Numbered from the stretch's first letter, positions 51,020 to 62,443 are shown. The stretch: 64,000 bases of DNA from Gammaproteobacteria bacterium (GCA_020027215.1 JAHRAO010000038.1:30179-94178); one strand, 5' to 3'. Translations and numbers: made by a program. Notes: generated by a model from the letters alone, not told the origin.

Positions 51020-52063
51020 ATGAATTTCATCATCATCTCCGTTTGTTGTATTTTTATTACCTATTTTTTGGTCATGCTACTGCATCAATGTGCCGATAGA
51101 ATTGGGTTAGTCGCACCGCCACAATCACATCATTTTCACGACCCATTGATGGCGCATGGCGCCGGCATAGGAATGGCAATTGCTTTTTTGGGAGGTGCTG
51201 TAATGAGTATGCTGATTAGCTCCTTAAATGGGTTGGGATGGCCTCTATTGTGTGGTGGTTTAGCGATGTCGGCATTGGGGTTGGGGGATGATATTCATCC
51301 GCTCTCCCCATTATTGCGTTTAATAGTGCAGGGTGGCATTGTGGCTGGGGTAATGCTCTTTATCCAACCATTTGTTTTGAGTGTTTCGCTGATTATGGCA
51401 CTATTCGTTTTGTTATGGTGGGTGAATTTAACTAATTTTATGGATGGAATTAATGGTTTAGTCGCGTGGCAAGGAATATACTTTTCAATGAGTATACTCG
51501 GTTTGAGTATGAGCGGGCTCATCACCCTTCCACCTCAATTTCTTATTATCTATAGCCTATTAGCTGCAGTTATTGTTGGCTTTCTGCTCTATAACCGCCC
51601 AACTTTTCGGATATTCATGGGCGATGCAGGTGGTTTATTTTTAGGTTACACTTACGGCATCGTGGCTTGGTTCACCATTGAGGGGTCTTGGCTCCCGCTC
51701 TCATTTTGGTTGATTATTGGGGGCGTATTTTGGATTGATAGTGGATGGACACTTTTCTGGCGCGTGGTGAACGGTGAAAAATGGTATCGCCCGCATCGCC
51801 AACACGCTTATCAATTACTCAGCGACATGCTGATCGCTCGACAGGAAAACAAATCAGCTCTCGTCGTGCATCGCTCCCATTCCCGCGTGTGCATCCTTTA
51901 TATATTGGTCAATCTCTTATGGCTCTTGCCCTTGGCGGTCATTTCTGTGCGCGCCCCTCTCTGGCAATTCTGGCTACTTGCCCTCGCTTGGTTACCCTTG
52001 CTATTCACTGTCTGGGGAGTGCGTTACTACGCAATGCGCCACCATCCATCGCTATTCGCTTAA
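51020..52063 (+). CDS. Polyprenyl-phosphate sugar-1-phosphate transferase (MraY/WecA family, GT4)
   Basis: Polytopic membrane protein with NLTNFMDGINGL, the MraY/WecA DG.DGL motif. Its start is 3 nt after tRNA-Thr. The ORF-table start at 50957 lies inside the tRNA and is rejected. Confidence 0.55.
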   Translation: MNFIIISVCCIFITYFLVMLLHQCADRIGLVAPPQSHHFHDPLMAHGAGIGMAIAFLGGAVMSMLISSLNGLGWPLLCGGLAMSALGLGDDIHPLSPLLRLIVQGGIVAGVMLFIQPFVLSVSLIMALFVLLWWVNLTNFMDGINGLVAWQGIYFSMSILGLSMSGLITLPPQFLIIYSLLAAVIVGFLLYNRPTFRIFMGDAGGLFLGYTYGIVAWFTIEGSWLPLSFWLIIGGVFWIDSGWTLFWRVVNGEKWYRPHRQHAYQLLSDMLIARQENKSALVVHRSHSRVCILYILVNLLWLLPLAVISVRAPLWQFWLLALAWLPLLFTVWGVRYYAMRHHPSLFA

Positions 52064-52066
52064 CCT

Positions 52067-52564
52067 ATGCCACTACCGCCTTCGCTTCCCCTTGATTTGA
52101 TCGTTTATGATTTCGATGGGGTGATGACTAATAATTGTGCGTGGGTATTTGAAGATGGTCGTGAAGCGGTGTGTGTTAATCGCAGTGATGGTTGGGGAGT
52201 GGGGATGCTCCAACAAATGTCAATTCCACAACTGATTTTAAGTAGCGAAATAAATCCAGTCGTCGCTGCTCGCGGTCGTAAACTTGCCTTAATGGTTATC
52301 CAAGGTGTTCACGATAAAGAGCAAGCGTTGGATAACTATTGTCAGGAGCACAATTATCGTTTGACGCATACTTTATATGTCGGCAACGATACTAATGATT
52401 TGTTGGCGATGCAAAAGGTAGGCATTGCCGTTGCCCCGTCAGACGCACACCCATCAATACTGGCTATTGCACATTATGTAACGCATAGTAAAGGTGGGGC
52501 AGGGGTCATTCGTGAGTTAGCTGATTGGCTGATAGGGGGAGGAGCCAATCATCTCAGTCATTAG
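52067..52564 (+). CDS. HAD-IIIA phosphatase, KdsC-like
   Basis: DLIVYDFDGVMTNN (DxDGV) ... GNDTNDL: KdsC-family HAD motifs. 165 aa. Confidence 0.55.
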   Translation: MPLPPSLPLDLIVYDFDGVMTNNCAWVFEDGREAVCVNRSDGWGVGMLQQMSIPQLILSSEINPVVAARGRKLALMVIQGVHDKEQALDNYCQEHNYRLTHTLYVGNDTNDLLAMQKVGIAVAPSDAHPSILAIAHYVTHSKGGAGVIRELADWLIGGGANHLSH

Positions 52565-52608
52565 GTGGCGCTATCATTGCAAGCATATTCTGATCCTCCC
52601 TCTCTGTA

Positions 52609-54054
52609 ATGGCACATAACTACAATATCGCTTACCGAACTTGGGTGGGTTTACTCTGGCTCCTTCCACTGAGCTATATTCGTTTTGGCTTCAATATACT
52701 ATCTATCGCTATTCTAGCGCGTTTGATCACCCCCCACACTTTTGGTCAATACGCCATATTGTTGGTGGGGGTTGAATTGTTATTTTTATTGTTCACTCCT
52801 GTTTCTACAACCGTAATTTGCAATAACCGTGCACTCAGCGGCGTTTTTCGCACCGCTTTGCGTTTGACCTATACCTGGGGAGCAACTCTATTGGCAGTCG
52901 TTCTCGTGACCATTACTGTGTGCACATTCATTGGATGGATTTCGTGGCACGTCGGTGCGGTGATCAATTGCCTCATTGTGATTCACTTTATGACACTCGT
53001 GGGAACTATTTACGCCACTTGGTTAGAGAAAGATATACATTTTCGTTTTATTGCCGTTATTTTTGTCGTTGCCTCGGCGCTTGCCGCTCTCTGCGCTATT
53101 ATTGTCGCGTGGTTGGAGTGGGGGATTTGGAGTTTGGTTTTTCGCGACTTCGTTATGGCATTCATCGTGTGCGTATGCACTTGGTACTATGTCTCGCGCC
53201 GATGGCAAGAACAACCGGCACGGGAAGGGAATTATTTGCCGACAGTACGCGCTTTATTTCAGTATGGATGGCGATATTTCCAACATCGGCTGAGTGAGAT
53301 TGTATCCTATCGTTATATCGTTTTTGTTTTGAGTGGGGTAGCGAATTTGCATACGGTCGGCTTGTATGAACGTGCATCGTATATTGCACAATTACCACAC
53401 AATTTATTCGGTGCAATCGTCGGACGTGTCTTCTTTCCCGCCTATTCACAGATGCGTGACGATACCCAAAAGATGTCCAGATATTTTTCTTGGCATCTTT
53501 ATTTAATGGTGCGTTGTTGTTTGATTATTGCGTTACTGGTCTGGTTATTTCCGAGTCAAATCATTACCTTATTATTAGGGGAACAATGGAGGGATGCCTC
53601 GCCTTATTTAACGGCATTGACCCTGTGGATTGCATTGCGGGCAGTATGGTATAGCATGTCAATGTGTTTGCACGCTATAGGTTTAGCGCACAAAACTGCG
53701 CGTACTTACTGGATGGCTATTGGAGTAATGAGTTTAGCCGGTGGTGTTTTGTGGCTTACGAACAGCCATGCTTGGTCAACACTCGCTTGGGCAATGGGGG
53801 TGAGCGTGATAGGCGAATGCATTTATATGGGGTATTATCTGTGGCGGCATAATATTGGCATCGATTATGTGCAATCATGTGTTTTACCGATCCTATTATC
53901 TATCGTTATACTGGCGCTCAATCAGTGGCTTGTGACAGAAATGCACTGGTTGTGGCAGGTAATATTATTCTGTGGGTTGTGGTGCGGCGTGCTTTTTGTA
54001 TTGGAAATCAATAAATGGCAACAGCTATGGTGGGTAATAAGACACAAAGTATGA
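52609..54054 (+). CDS. Polysaccharide/O-unit flippase (Wzx, MOP superfamily)
   Basis: 481 aa with about 12 predicted TM segments and a Wzx-like topology. It lies between a sugar-phosphate transferase and a glycosyltransferase. Confidence 0.5.
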   Translation: MAHNYNIAYRTWVGLLWLLPLSYIRFGFNILSIAILARLITPHTFGQYAILLVGVELLFLLFTPVSTTVICNNRALSGVFRTALRLTYTWGATLLAVVLVTITVCTFIGWISWHVGAVINCLIVIHFMTLVGTIYATWLEKDIHFRFIAVIFVVASALAALCAIIVAWLEWGIWSLVFRDFVMAFIVCVCTWYYVSRRWQEQPAREGNYLPTVRALFQYGWRYFQHRLSEIVSYRYIVFVLSGVANLHTVGLYERASYIAQLPHNLFGAIVGRVFFPAYSQMRDDTQKMSRYFSWHLYLMVRCCLIIALLVWLFPSQIITLLLGEQWRDASPYLTALTLWIALRAVWYSMSMCLHAIGLAHKTARTYWMAIGVMSLAGGVLWLTNSHAWSTLAWAMGVSVIGECIYMGYYLWRHNIGIDYVQSCVLPILLSIVILALNQWLVTEMHWLWQVILFCGLWCGVLFVLEINKWQQLWWVIRHKV

Positions 54055-55226
54055 TCGCCCCTAAACCCGCTGTATTGGTTTTTGCCGATTACTATTACCC
54101 CTCACAATCTGCGGGAGGTCCTTTACGCAGCCTCACTTACTTATTTCAGTCCCTCAATGAATACTTTGACTTTTATGTGTTGACCCGCAATAGTGAGTAC
54201 GGCACCGCTCAAATTTATGACCGTATTCAACCCCATCAATGGTATCCATTAGACGGGGTCACCGTCTACTATATACCGCAGGACGAGATAAAGAGTATGT
54301 TGGTTCGCACAATAGTGCGCCAAAAAAATATTTGTGCTTATTACTGTAATAGTTTATTTTCTTATCATTTTTCTATTCGCATTGTATGGTGGCGGCATCG
54401 AGGAAAAATCCCCAATTTACCACTTATGATTGCGCCACGCGGAGAACTGTCTCCCGGGGGAATACAATTGAAATGGTGGAAAAAAAAACCATTCCTATGG
54501 ATGATGCGTCATGGGCATTATTATCGCTCAATCGTATGGCATGCGACATCCGCGTTGGAAAAAGAACACTGCCAACAAACACTCTCCACCACGCAGTCCG
54601 TCATTGAAGCGCCTAATTTATTAGGGGCTCCGCCGGTGACAATCAACCCTGTGTCCAAAACATCTGGCCAGCTATATCTGTTGTTTGTCTCGCGCGTGGT
54701 GCGCAAGAAAAACTTATTGGGTGCTTTGGAAATATTGCGTATGGTGCGCGGAGATGTTCACTTTCATATTCTCGGTGATTGTTCCGATCATCGCTATGTC
54801 GCTCAGTGCAAAAAGAAATTGGCACAACTGCCCGCCAATATACAAGTTCACTTCCATGGGACAATCGCTCCGCAACATATCATGGAATGGTATATGCGCC
54901 ACCACGCATTATTATTACCAACTTTAGGTGAAAATTTTGGCTATAGTATCGTTGAATCTTTATTATGTGGGCGCCCCGTGATTATCAGCGATCAAACACC
55001 CTGGTCGGATGTTATGCCACACAATGCCGGCTGGGCGCTTCCTTTGTCTGATCAAAAACAGTTTACTGCGGCGGTGCAAGAATTGGTAGATATGGATAAC
55101 ATAACTTATGCGGAAAAAGTCAAGTCGGTGCAACGATATATCACCAATAGAACTGCCAACACACATAATATTCAGCGTGCCCGACAATTATTTCATCATT
55201 TAATAGAGCACAACTATGCAGAATGA
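54051..55226 (+). CDS. Glycosyltransferase family 4
   Basis: ENFGYSIVESLLCGRPVIISD is a GT4 E-x7-E motif. Start taken at the internal ATG that overlaps the end of the flippase gene. Confidence 0.6.
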   Translation: MIAPKPAVLVFADYYYPSQSAGGPLRSLTYLFQSLNEYFDFYVLTRNSEYGTAQIYDRIQPHQWYPLDGVTVYYIPQDEIKSMLVRTIVRQKNICAYYCNSLFSYHFSIRIVWWRHRGKIPNLPLMIAPRGELSPGGIQLKWWKKKPFLWMMRHGHYYRSIVWHATSALEKEHCQQTLSTTQSVIEAPNLLGAPPVTINPVSKTSGQLYLLFVSRVVRKKNLLGALEILRMVRGDVHFHILGDCSDHRYVAQCKKKLAQLPANIQVHFHGTIAPQHIMEWYMRHHALLLPTLGENFGYSIVESLLCGRPVIISDQTPWSDVMPHNAGWALPLSDQKQFTAAVQELVDMDNITYAEKVKSVQRYITNRTANTHNIQRARQLFHHLIEHNYAE

Positions 55227-55494
55227 GCTCATACGCACAGTGACTCTCCGACAAGTGATCAAAGTGTGGTGGGCGATCATTTGGCGTGTGGTGGTCCACG
55301 GTGTTTTTGGTGGCACCGCTCTCGGGTTGCTCGCCGGACTCACATTGAAGATCGGTGAACAGGGTGGGGGTCACACGCAAACCATCGCCATCTATTGTGG
55401 ATTATGCGCTACTCTACCGGCGGGGATATGGGGTGTACGCGCCGCATTGAAAAAAAAATACCGCAATTTTCGCATTAATATAGTGAAACTTTGA
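55216..55494 (+). CDS. Hypothetical small membrane protein
   Basis: 92 aa with two hydrophobic segments. Overlaps the GT4 stop. Weak evidence. Confidence 0.2.
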   Translation: MQNELIRTVTLRQVIKVWWAIIWRVVVHGVFGGTALGLLAGLTLKIGEQGGGHTQTIAIYCGLCATLPAGIWGVRAALKKKYRNFRINIVKL

Positions 55495-55600
55495 TTGTGG
55501 GAGGAATGAAATCCTTGATAAAATATTATGCGCTCCCTCTTTCCCATATATAATTGGCATATCACGCCACTATGCACTTAAACCATTTATCATAAATAGT

Positions 55601-57544
55601 ATGCCTTTGATTACTTTGCCGGATGGCAAAACGATGTCTTTTCCTTCTGCTGTTACGGTGCGCGATATTGCCCAGCAGATCGGATCTGGATTGGCGCGGG
55701 CAACCCTTGCCGGATGCGTTGATGGACGATTATACGATTATGATGATGTGATCCACAGCGACGCCACCGTGCGCATGATTACCGCACGCGACAGCGAAGG
55801 AGTTGAGATCATCCGTCATTCGTGTGCGCATTTAATTGGTCATGCGGTGAAGCAATTGTTCCCTGCTGCCCAAATGGCTATTGGACCAGTGATTGAGGAC
55901 GGTTTTTATTACGATATTTTTATTGATTCCCCTTTTTCACCTGATGATTTACAGCGTATTGAGCAGCGCATGGCAGATTTAATTGCCACTCAATACGATG
56001 TTCGGAAAAAGATGACTCCGAGAGAAGAAGCATTGAAAATTTTCCAAGAGCGCAACGAAACCTATAAGCAACAATTATTGAATGAAATGCCGGATGTGCA
56101 GGAAGTCGGCTTGTATTACCACCAAGAATATGTTGATATGTGTCGGGGACCACATGTGCCGAATACCAGATTCTTGCGGCATTTCAAATTATTAAGTTTA
56201 GCGGGGGCTTATTGGCGTGGTGACGCTAATAATGAGATGTTGCAACGCATTTACGGAACGGCTTGGAGTGATGCCAAACAGTTGAAATCTTATTTGGAGC
56301 ACCGTGCCGAGGCGGAAAAACGCGATCACCGTAAAATAGGCAAACAACTAGACTGGTTCCATTTCCAACCCGAATCACCGGGCATGGTTTTTTGGCATGA
56401 CGATGGGCACACAATTTATCGCGCGGTTGAAAATTATATGCGCCACATTAATCAATCCCATCAATATTTAGAAGTTCATACACCCCAACTGTTAAATCGC
56501 CGATTGTGGGAAGAATCTGGCCATTGGGATAAATTTCAGGAAATGATTTTTATTACGGAATCGGAAAAACGCGAGTATGCCATTAAACCGATGAATTGCC
56601 CTGGTCATATACAGATATTTAACCAAGAATTGCGCAGTTATCGGCAATTGCCGTATCGGGTGAGTGAATTTGGCATTGTGCATCGCAATGAACCATCGGG
56701 CACCTTACACGGTTTAATGCGTGCACGCTGTTTTACACAAGATGACGCCCATATTTTTTGCCGCGCAGATCAACTCTCCGAAGAATTTAATCGCTTAATA
56801 ACCCTCACCCTAAATGTATACCGCGATTTTGGCTTTGAGGATATTGAAATTTCTTTCTCAACGCGCCCCATACAGCGTATCGGAGACGATGCGCTGTGGG
56901 ATCGCGCAGAAAATATTTTACAGGCCTCGTTAAAGACCGCCGGCATCGATTATAAAGTTAATATAGGTGAAGGAGCGTTTTATGGTCCCAAAATTGAATT
57001 CACCCTGAAAGACAGTATTGGTCGCAAATGGCAATGCGGTACTTTACAGCTTGATTTTTCCATGCCAGAACGCTTAGGAGCCCGCTATATCACTGCACAA
57101 AAAGAGCGGGCGGTGCCGGTTATGATACACCGCGCAGTATTAGGGTCGTTGGAAAGATTCATTGGCATTTTAATTGAACATTATAATGGTCATTTGCCTT
57201 TATGGCTTGTGCCACAACAGGTGATGGTCATGGGAATTACCGATCGTCATCGTGAATACGCACAAAAAGTGGAAAATGAATTGCGTCAGCAGGGTTTGCG
57301 GGTGTATGCGGACTTGCGCAATGAAAAAATAAGCTTTAAAATTAGAGAGGGCACTGTGAATAAAGTACCCTGGATGGTTATTGTTGGCGACCGCGAGCAA
57401 CAATCGGGTACAATAAGTGTCAGAACAATTGATGGTAAAGATTTAGGAGGAGTGAGTATTACTCAATTTGCAAATACTTTATTGCAAGCGATTGCTTTGC
57501 GCAAAGATGCAGATGATAATTTTGATAGAGGCACATTAGCATAG
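55601..57544 (+). CDS. thrS: Threonine--tRNA ligase
   Basis: TGS domain, second additional domain with HSCAHL, class II core motifs. 647 aa. Confidence 0.9.
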   Translation: MPLITLPDGKTMSFPSAVTVRDIAQQIGSGLARATLAGCVDGRLYDYDDVIHSDATVRMITARDSEGVEIIRHSCAHLIGHAVKQLFPAAQMAIGPVIEDGFYYDIFIDSPFSPDDLQRIEQRMADLIATQYDVRKKMTPREEALKIFQERNETYKQQLLNEMPDVQEVGLYYHQEYVDMCRGPHVPNTRFLRHFKLLSLAGAYWRGDANNEMLQRIYGTAWSDAKQLKSYLEHRAEAEKRDHRKIGKQLDWFHFQPESPGMVFWHDDGHTIYRAVENYMRHINQSHQYLEVHTPQLLNRRLWEESGHWDKFQEMIFITESEKREYAIKPMNCPGHIQIFNQELRSYRQLPYRVSEFGIVHRNEPSGTLHGLMRARCFTQDDAHIFCRADQLSEEFNRLITLTLNVYRDFGFEDIEISFSTRPIQRIGDDALWDRAENILQASLKTAGIDYKVNIGEGAFYGPKIEFTLKDSIGRKWQCGTLQLDFSMPERLGARYITAQKERAVPVMIHRAVLGSLERFIGILIEHYNGHLPLWLVPQQVMVMGITDRHREYAQKVENELRQQGLRVYADLRNEKISFKIREGTVNKVPWMVIVGDREQQSGTISVRTIDGKDLGGVSITQFANTLLQAIALRKDADDNFDRGTLA

Positions 57545-57573
57545 CCAAGTATAATAACGCAGACAAAAAGACT

Positions 57574-58119
57574 GTGCTAATGAATACCGCCATTCAAGCC
57601 GCACAAGTGCGGTTGATTGGTGTAGATGGAAAGCAACTAGGTATTATGTCGCGCGATGCTGCCCTGCGGATTGCGCAAGATCAAGCATTAGATTTAGTGC
57701 AAATGGCGGGAAATCAGCGGATAGCTGTGTGTCGGATAATGGACTATAAAAAGCATGCTTATACCGAGAAAAAGAAACGATCAATATCTCGCAAGAAGCA
57801 GCACCGCATTCAAGTCAAGGAAATTAAGTTTCGCCCGAGTACGGAAAGCGCTGATTATCAAATCAAATTGCAGCGGATACGTAATTTTCTTGGACAGGGC
57901 AATAAAGTAAAAATTACTTTGCGTTACCGTGGTCGTGAGATGCAGCACACTGAGATAGGAATGAAATTGATGCGTCAAGTGGAAAGCGATTTACAAGAGT
58001 GGGGGGGAGTTGAACAAGAATTAAATATGGATGGGCGTGTACTGAGTATGATGTTCGTCCCATTCAAGGGTAAAAGACAATCGGGAATGAATAACGATGC
58101 CAAAGATAAAAGTACATAG
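57574..58119 (+). CDS. infC: Translation initiation factor IF-3
   Basis: VRLIGVDGKQLGIMS...VCRIMDYKK aligns with the IF3 N- and C-domains. Non-ATG (GTG) start, as is usual for infC. Confidence 0.85.
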   Translation: MLMNTAIQAAQVRLIGVDGKQLGIMSRDAALRIAQDQALDLVQMAGNQRIAVCRIMDYKKHAYTEKKKRSISRKKQHRIQVKEIKFRPSTESADYQIKLQRIRNFLGQGNKVKITLRYRGREMQHTEIGMKLMRQVESDLQEWGGVEQELNMDGRVLSMMFVPFKGKRQSGMNNDAKDKST

Positions 58120-58288
58120 CGGAGCAGCCAAACGTTTTAGAAAAGTTGCTTCTGGGTATAAACACAAACGCACAGGGCGGAACCATATCTTGACAAAGAT
58201 GAACACGAAACGTAAGCGACAATTGCGTTCTACCGATATCATTTCTGACAGCGATACGCCGTTAATCCGCCGTATGCTTCGTCACTAA
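58097..58288 (+). CDS. rpmI: 50S ribosomal protein L35
   Basis: MPKIKVHSGAAKRFRK...HILTK. Confidence 0.9.
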   Translation: MPKIKVHSGAAKRFRKVASGYKHKRTGRNHILTKMNTKRKRQLRSTDIISDSDTPLIRRMLRH

Positions 58289-58330
58289 ATGGCGAAAGAA
58301 TAAAAATCACATTATATTGAGAATGCAATT

Positions 58331-58699
58331 ATGTCTAGAGTGAAATCTGGTTTAGCGCCACAACGCCGCCGCCGGCATAAAAAAATTATGAAACAAGCCC
58401 GCTGTTATTATGGTGCACGTAGCCGTACTTACCGTGTCGCTAAACAATCCGTTATGCGCGCCCAGCAATACGCTTATCGCGATCGCCGTCAGCGTAAACG
58501 CCAATTTCGTGTGTTGTGGATTATCCGCATCAATGCCCAAGCTCGCCGCTTAGGAATATCTTATAGCCAACTCATGGCTGGATTAAATAAACAAGGTATT
58601 GCGATCAATAGAAAAATATTAGCCGAATTGGCGGTTGCAAATAAAGATGCATTTGCCACATTAGTCAATCAAGCTAAAATTGCCAATAATTCTGTTTGA
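58331..58699 (+). CDS. rplT: 50S ribosomal protein L20
   Basis: MSRVKSG...[14 protein letters not shown]...[15 protein letters not shown]. Confidence 0.9.
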   Translation: MSRVKSGLAPQRRRRHKKIMKQARCYYGARSRTYRVAKQSVMRAQQYAYRDRRQRKRQFRVLWIIRINAQARRLGISYSQLMAGLNKQGIAINRKILAELAVANKDAFATLVNQAKIANNSV

Positions 58700-58708
58700 T
58701 TCTTCCCC

Positions 58709-59740
58709 ATGGCGGATGAACTGGATGAATTGATATCACAGGCAATTGATGCAATTCAATCTGCGCCGGATGTGCGCCGCTTACACGATATTAAAGTCTA
58801 CTACCTTGGCAAGAAAGGTCAATTCACTTTACGCTTAAAAACGCTTGCCAAGCGCACTGCAGATGAACAACGCGTCTATGGTAAAAAATTGAATGCGGTG
58901 AAAGCCGATTTAGCACGCCATATTCATCAGAGAAAAGAACAATTAGATGCTCTTTTAGTGCAACAACGCATAGCCGATGAAACAATTGATGTGACTTTAC
59001 CGGTCATGGATGACCCGCTTGCTTATGGTGGGTCACACCCAGTGATACACCTATTGGGTGAAATGGAATCATTATTTGCGAGCATAGGTTTCGACAGTAT
59101 CTTTTCTCCAGAAATTGAAAGCGATTATTACAATTTTGCTGCTCTCAATATGCCGCCGCATCACCCCGCCCGCGCAATGCACGATAGTTTTTATTTGGAT
59201 CCGACAACTGTTTTACGCACCCATACCTCACCCGCACAAGTGCGCGCTATGGAAACTCAGCCTTTGCCTTTACGCATTTTATCCACGGGAAGGGTATATC
59301 GGCGCGATTCTGATTTGACCCATACGCCAATGTTTCATCAAGTAGAGGGGTTGTGGATCGATCAACAGATTGCTTTTTGCGATTTGAAGGGGTTATTGAC
59401 AGAATTTGTGCACATTTTATTAAAAGACCGCCAACTTAAAACACGTTTTCGTCCATCGTATTTCCCTTTTACCGAACCGTCCGCAGAGATGGATATCGCG
59501 TGCCCGCAGTGCGCTCAAAAAAAATGCCGTTTGTGCGGTTATAGTGGCTGGATAGAGGTCTTGGGGTGTGGTATGGTTAATCCGAATGTTTTACAGATAT
59601 CTGGGATTGACAGTCATACCTACACTGGCTTTGCATTTGGTTTGGGGGTAGAGCGGTTGGCGATGCTCCGTTATGGAGTGAGTGATTTACGCCAGTTTTT
59701 TGACAATGACTTGCGCTTTCTTGCGCAGTGCCGATCATGA
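58709..59740 (+). CDS. pheS: Phenylalanine--tRNA ligase alpha subunit
   Basis: Class II motifs (FRPSYFPFTEPS, GFAFGLGVERLAM). 343 aa. Confidence 0.9.
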   Translation: MADELDELISQAIDAIQSAPDVRRLHDIKVYYLGKKGQFTLRLKTLAKRTADEQRVYGKKLNAVKADLARHIHQRKEQLDALLVQQRIADETIDVTLPVMDDPLAYGGSHPVIHLLGEMESLFASIGFDSIFSPEIESDYYNFAALNMPPHHPARAMHDSFYLDPTTVLRTHTSPAQVRAMETQPLPLRILSTGRVYRRDSDLTHTPMFHQVEGLWIDQQIAFCDLKGLLTEFVHILLKDRQLKTRFRPSYFPFTEPSAEMDIACPQCAQKKCRLCGYSGWIEVLGCGMVNPNVLQISGIDSHTYTGFAFGLGVERLAMLRYGVSDLRQFFDNDLRFLAQCRS

Positions 59741-62136
59741 AAATAAGCCATAACTGGTTGGCTGAGTGGGTGCCCCTCCCATCGGATGTGGAACAAATTG
59801 CCGAACGTTTTACCATGGCGGGTATTGAAATTGATGCGATACAATGCTGGGGCGATGAAATACACGGAGTGCATATTGCCCAAATTACTGCCGTGACTCC
59901 TCACCCTAATGCCGATAAATTGCATTTATGTGCTGTTGACGATGGCAGCGATCAGATTAAAAATGTAGTGTGCGGGGCAGCGAATGCTGTTGTCGGTGCT
60001 AAGGTGGCGTATGCTAAAGTGGATAGTGTTTTGCCGGGGGGGATACCTATTACTCGGCGCAAAATTCGTGGGCAATATTCTGACGGCATGCTTTGTTCAT
60101 CGGCAGAACTCAATGTGAGTGGGAGTGATGATGGCATTGTAATTTTAGATCAATCTGCCCCCATTGGCGAATCCCTCAAAAAGTATTTGCAATTAAATGA
60201 TCGCATACTAGATGTGAGCATAACACCTAATCGTGGCGATTGTTTAAGTGTTTTGGGAATGGCACGTGAATGGAGCGCATTGAATGGCGAGACACTCTCC
60301 ATCCCGCCCATAAAAGAAACTGCATCCACTATTGAAGATACTCTTCCGATTAAAATCTGTGCATCCCATGATTGTCCATGTTATTTAGGACGAGTGATTA
60401 AAGGCGTGAATATGGAGGCACTGCTCCCCATCGCGATGCGCGAGAAATTACATCGTTTAGGTGCACGCTCGGTTAATCCGGTGGTCGATATTACGAACTA
60501 TGTGTTATACGAACTTGGTCAGCCTTTGCACGCATTCGATCTCTCCCACATTGATGGTGGGATAGTCGTCCGTGACGCCCAACTGGGGGAATCATTGCGC
60601 TTGTTGGATGGTAGTCAGTTGCAGTGTGATGGTAGTGAGCTCTTAATTGCCGATGACCACAAGCCGCTTGCTTATGCCGGTGTGATGGGAGGAGCAGAAA
60701 GTGCGGTCTCTGCTCAGACGACCGATATTTTTCTTGAATCGGCATTTTTTCTCCCGCCGCGCATCGCACATCGCCAAGGGCGTATGGTTTTGAACAGTGA
60801 AGCGGCGTATCGTTATGAACGCGGGGTGGATTATCGTTTGCCCCAGCGCGCAATGGAACGGGCAACCCAACTGATTATAGACTGTTTGGGCGGACATGCA
60901 GGCCCGATCGCTTATGCCGTGGATAAAGAAAATCTACCCACTGTAGCCGATATACAATTCCCCCCCCACGACATACAACGTTTATTGGGTTTTACTATCC
61001 CAGTGAAACAAGCGCGTCAATTTTTAGTTCATTTAGGCATGGAAGTTAAAGACACAGATACAAATAATACGTGGTCTATACAGGTGCCGAGTCATCGTTT
61101 TGATGTGCGCAATAGCGCCGATATCGTAGAAGAAATTGTGCGTTTATATGGTTACCAAAATGTTCCAACCCGGTTGCCCAAGGCTGCCGTTCGTTATACC
61201 GCCCATAAACAGGAGCGCTGGGATGATACCGCGCGCCAGTATTTTATTGCTCAGGGTTACCAAGAAGTAGTCACCTACAGCTTTGTTTGCCCTCAATTGC
61301 TTCACCAGCTGAATCCGCACCATCCCCCCCCCATGCTCCTTAACCCTTTATCGGATGATACGGCGGCAATGCGCACGACCTTATGGGCTGGGCTGTTGCA
61401 GGTTCTATGCCACAATTTTAGACGTCAAGTGCAGCGTATGTCAATATTTGAAATTGGGCAGTGTTTTCGCCAAGAACAAGATGGACAATTGTTATTTGAT
61501 GAGCGCATTGGACTCGCTCTCGCTGGATTGCATTCTCCAGAGAGTTGGATGACCGATAAAAAACCAGCTGATTTTTATGCTATAAAAGCAGTTGTTTTTA
61601 GTTGGTTGAATACCGTGTATAGTTTTGCACCATGTCGCGCAGTGGCGATGGAGCATCCTGCGCTACATCCTGGTCAATCGGCGCGTTTGGAGAAAGACGA
61701 TAAACCGATTGGGTGGATCGGTACTTTACATCCCCAAATAGCGGACGCCTTATCGCTCAAAATCCCAGTAATATTGGCTGAAATTGATCGTCCATCGCCA
61801 ACACAATCCAGCGGCTGGCAGAGTAATTCAATTGCTATTTCTAAATATCCAGAAATTCGTCGCGATATTACGGTCAGCGATAAATCTCATGTGCCTGCAA
61901 CAAAAATACAGTACTTACTGCGCACAGCGGCTGGTCCATATTTAACCCAAATTAATTTAGTCATGATTTACGAAGAAAAAAATGTACGCCACTTAACCTT
62001 CGGCTTGATTTTCCAGCATCCGTCACGTACTTTATCGGATGTTGAAATAAACGATACGATATTCGGTATAATAAAGGAATTGAAAGGGGGGCAACAATTG
62101 GATATTAGAGAAAGTGGGCGACATGAGTCGAAATGA
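59728..62136 (+). CDS. pheT: Phenylalanine--tRNA ligase beta subunit
   Basis: 802 aa with an N-terminal tRNA-binding domain and B3/4, B5 and FDX-ACB domains. Overlaps the pheS stop. Confidence 0.9.
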   Translation: MPIMKISHNWLAEWVPLPSDVEQIAERFTMAGIEIDAIQCWGDEIHGVHIAQITAVTPHPNADKLHLCAVDDGSDQIKNVVCGAANAVVGAKVAYAKVDSVLPGGIPITRRKIRGQYSDGMLCSSAELNVSGSDDGIVILDQSAPIGESLKKYLQLNDRILDVSITPNRGDCLSVLGMAREWSALNGETLSIPPIKETASTIEDTLPIKICASHDCPCYLGRVIKGVNMEALLPIAMREKLHRLGARSVNPVVDITNYVLYELGQPLHAFDLSHIDGGIVVRDAQLGESLRLLDGSQLQCDGSELLIADDHKPLAYAGVMGGAESAVSAQTTDIFLESAFFLPPRIAHRQGRMVLNSEAAYRYERGVDYRLPQRAMERATQLIIDCLGGHAGPIAYAVDKENLPTVADIQFPPHDIQRLLGFTIPVKQARQFLVHLGMEVKDTDTNNTWSIQVPSHRFDVRNSADIVEEIVRLYGYQNVPTRLPKAAVRYTAHKQERWDDTARQYFIAQGYQEVVTYSFVCPQLLHQLNPHHPPPMLLNPLSDDTAAMRTTLWAGLLQVLCHNFRRQVQRMSIFEIGQCFRQEQDGQLLFDERIGLALAGLHSPESWMTDKKPADFYAIKAVVFSWLNTVYSFAPCRAVAMEHPALHPGQSARLEKDDKPIGWIGTLHPQIADALSLKIPVILAEIDRPSPTQSSGWQSNSIAISKYPEIRRDITVSDKSHVPATKIQYLLRTAAGPYLTQINLVMIYEEKNVRHLTFGLIFQHPSRTLSDVEINDTIFGIIKELKGGQQLDIRESGRHESK

Positions 62137-62443
62137 CGAATATAACAAGCACCCATCGCGCACGCGAGCAGATATTGCACAGAGTTTGATAAAAGACATT
62201 GGATTGAATGGCAGAGAAGCGAAAGAAATGGTGGATCTGTTTTTTCAAGAAATATCCGATGCACTCGTGAGCCAACGATCAGTGAAATTATCGGGTTTTG
62301 GTCGTTTTAACTTGCGCGATAAGAATTGCCGTCCTGGTCGTAATCCTAAGACCGGAGAAAGCGTAGTGATTAAAGAGCGGAGGGTTGTAACGTTTAATGC
62401 CAGCGAAAGATTTAAAAAACGAATCAATATCTACCAGAAGTAA
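62114..62443 (+). CDS. ihfA: Integration host factor alpha subunit
   Basis: GREAKEMVDLFFQEISDAL...KLSGFGRFNLRDKNCRPGRNPKTGE matches IHF-alpha almost residue by residue. Start is ambiguous (62114 or 62123). Confidence 0.85.
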   Translation: MGDMSRNDEYNKHPSRTRADIAQSLIKDIGLNGREAKEMVDLFFQEISDALVSQRSVKLSGFGRFNLRDKNCRPGRNPKTGESVVIKERRVVTFNASERFKKRINIYQK

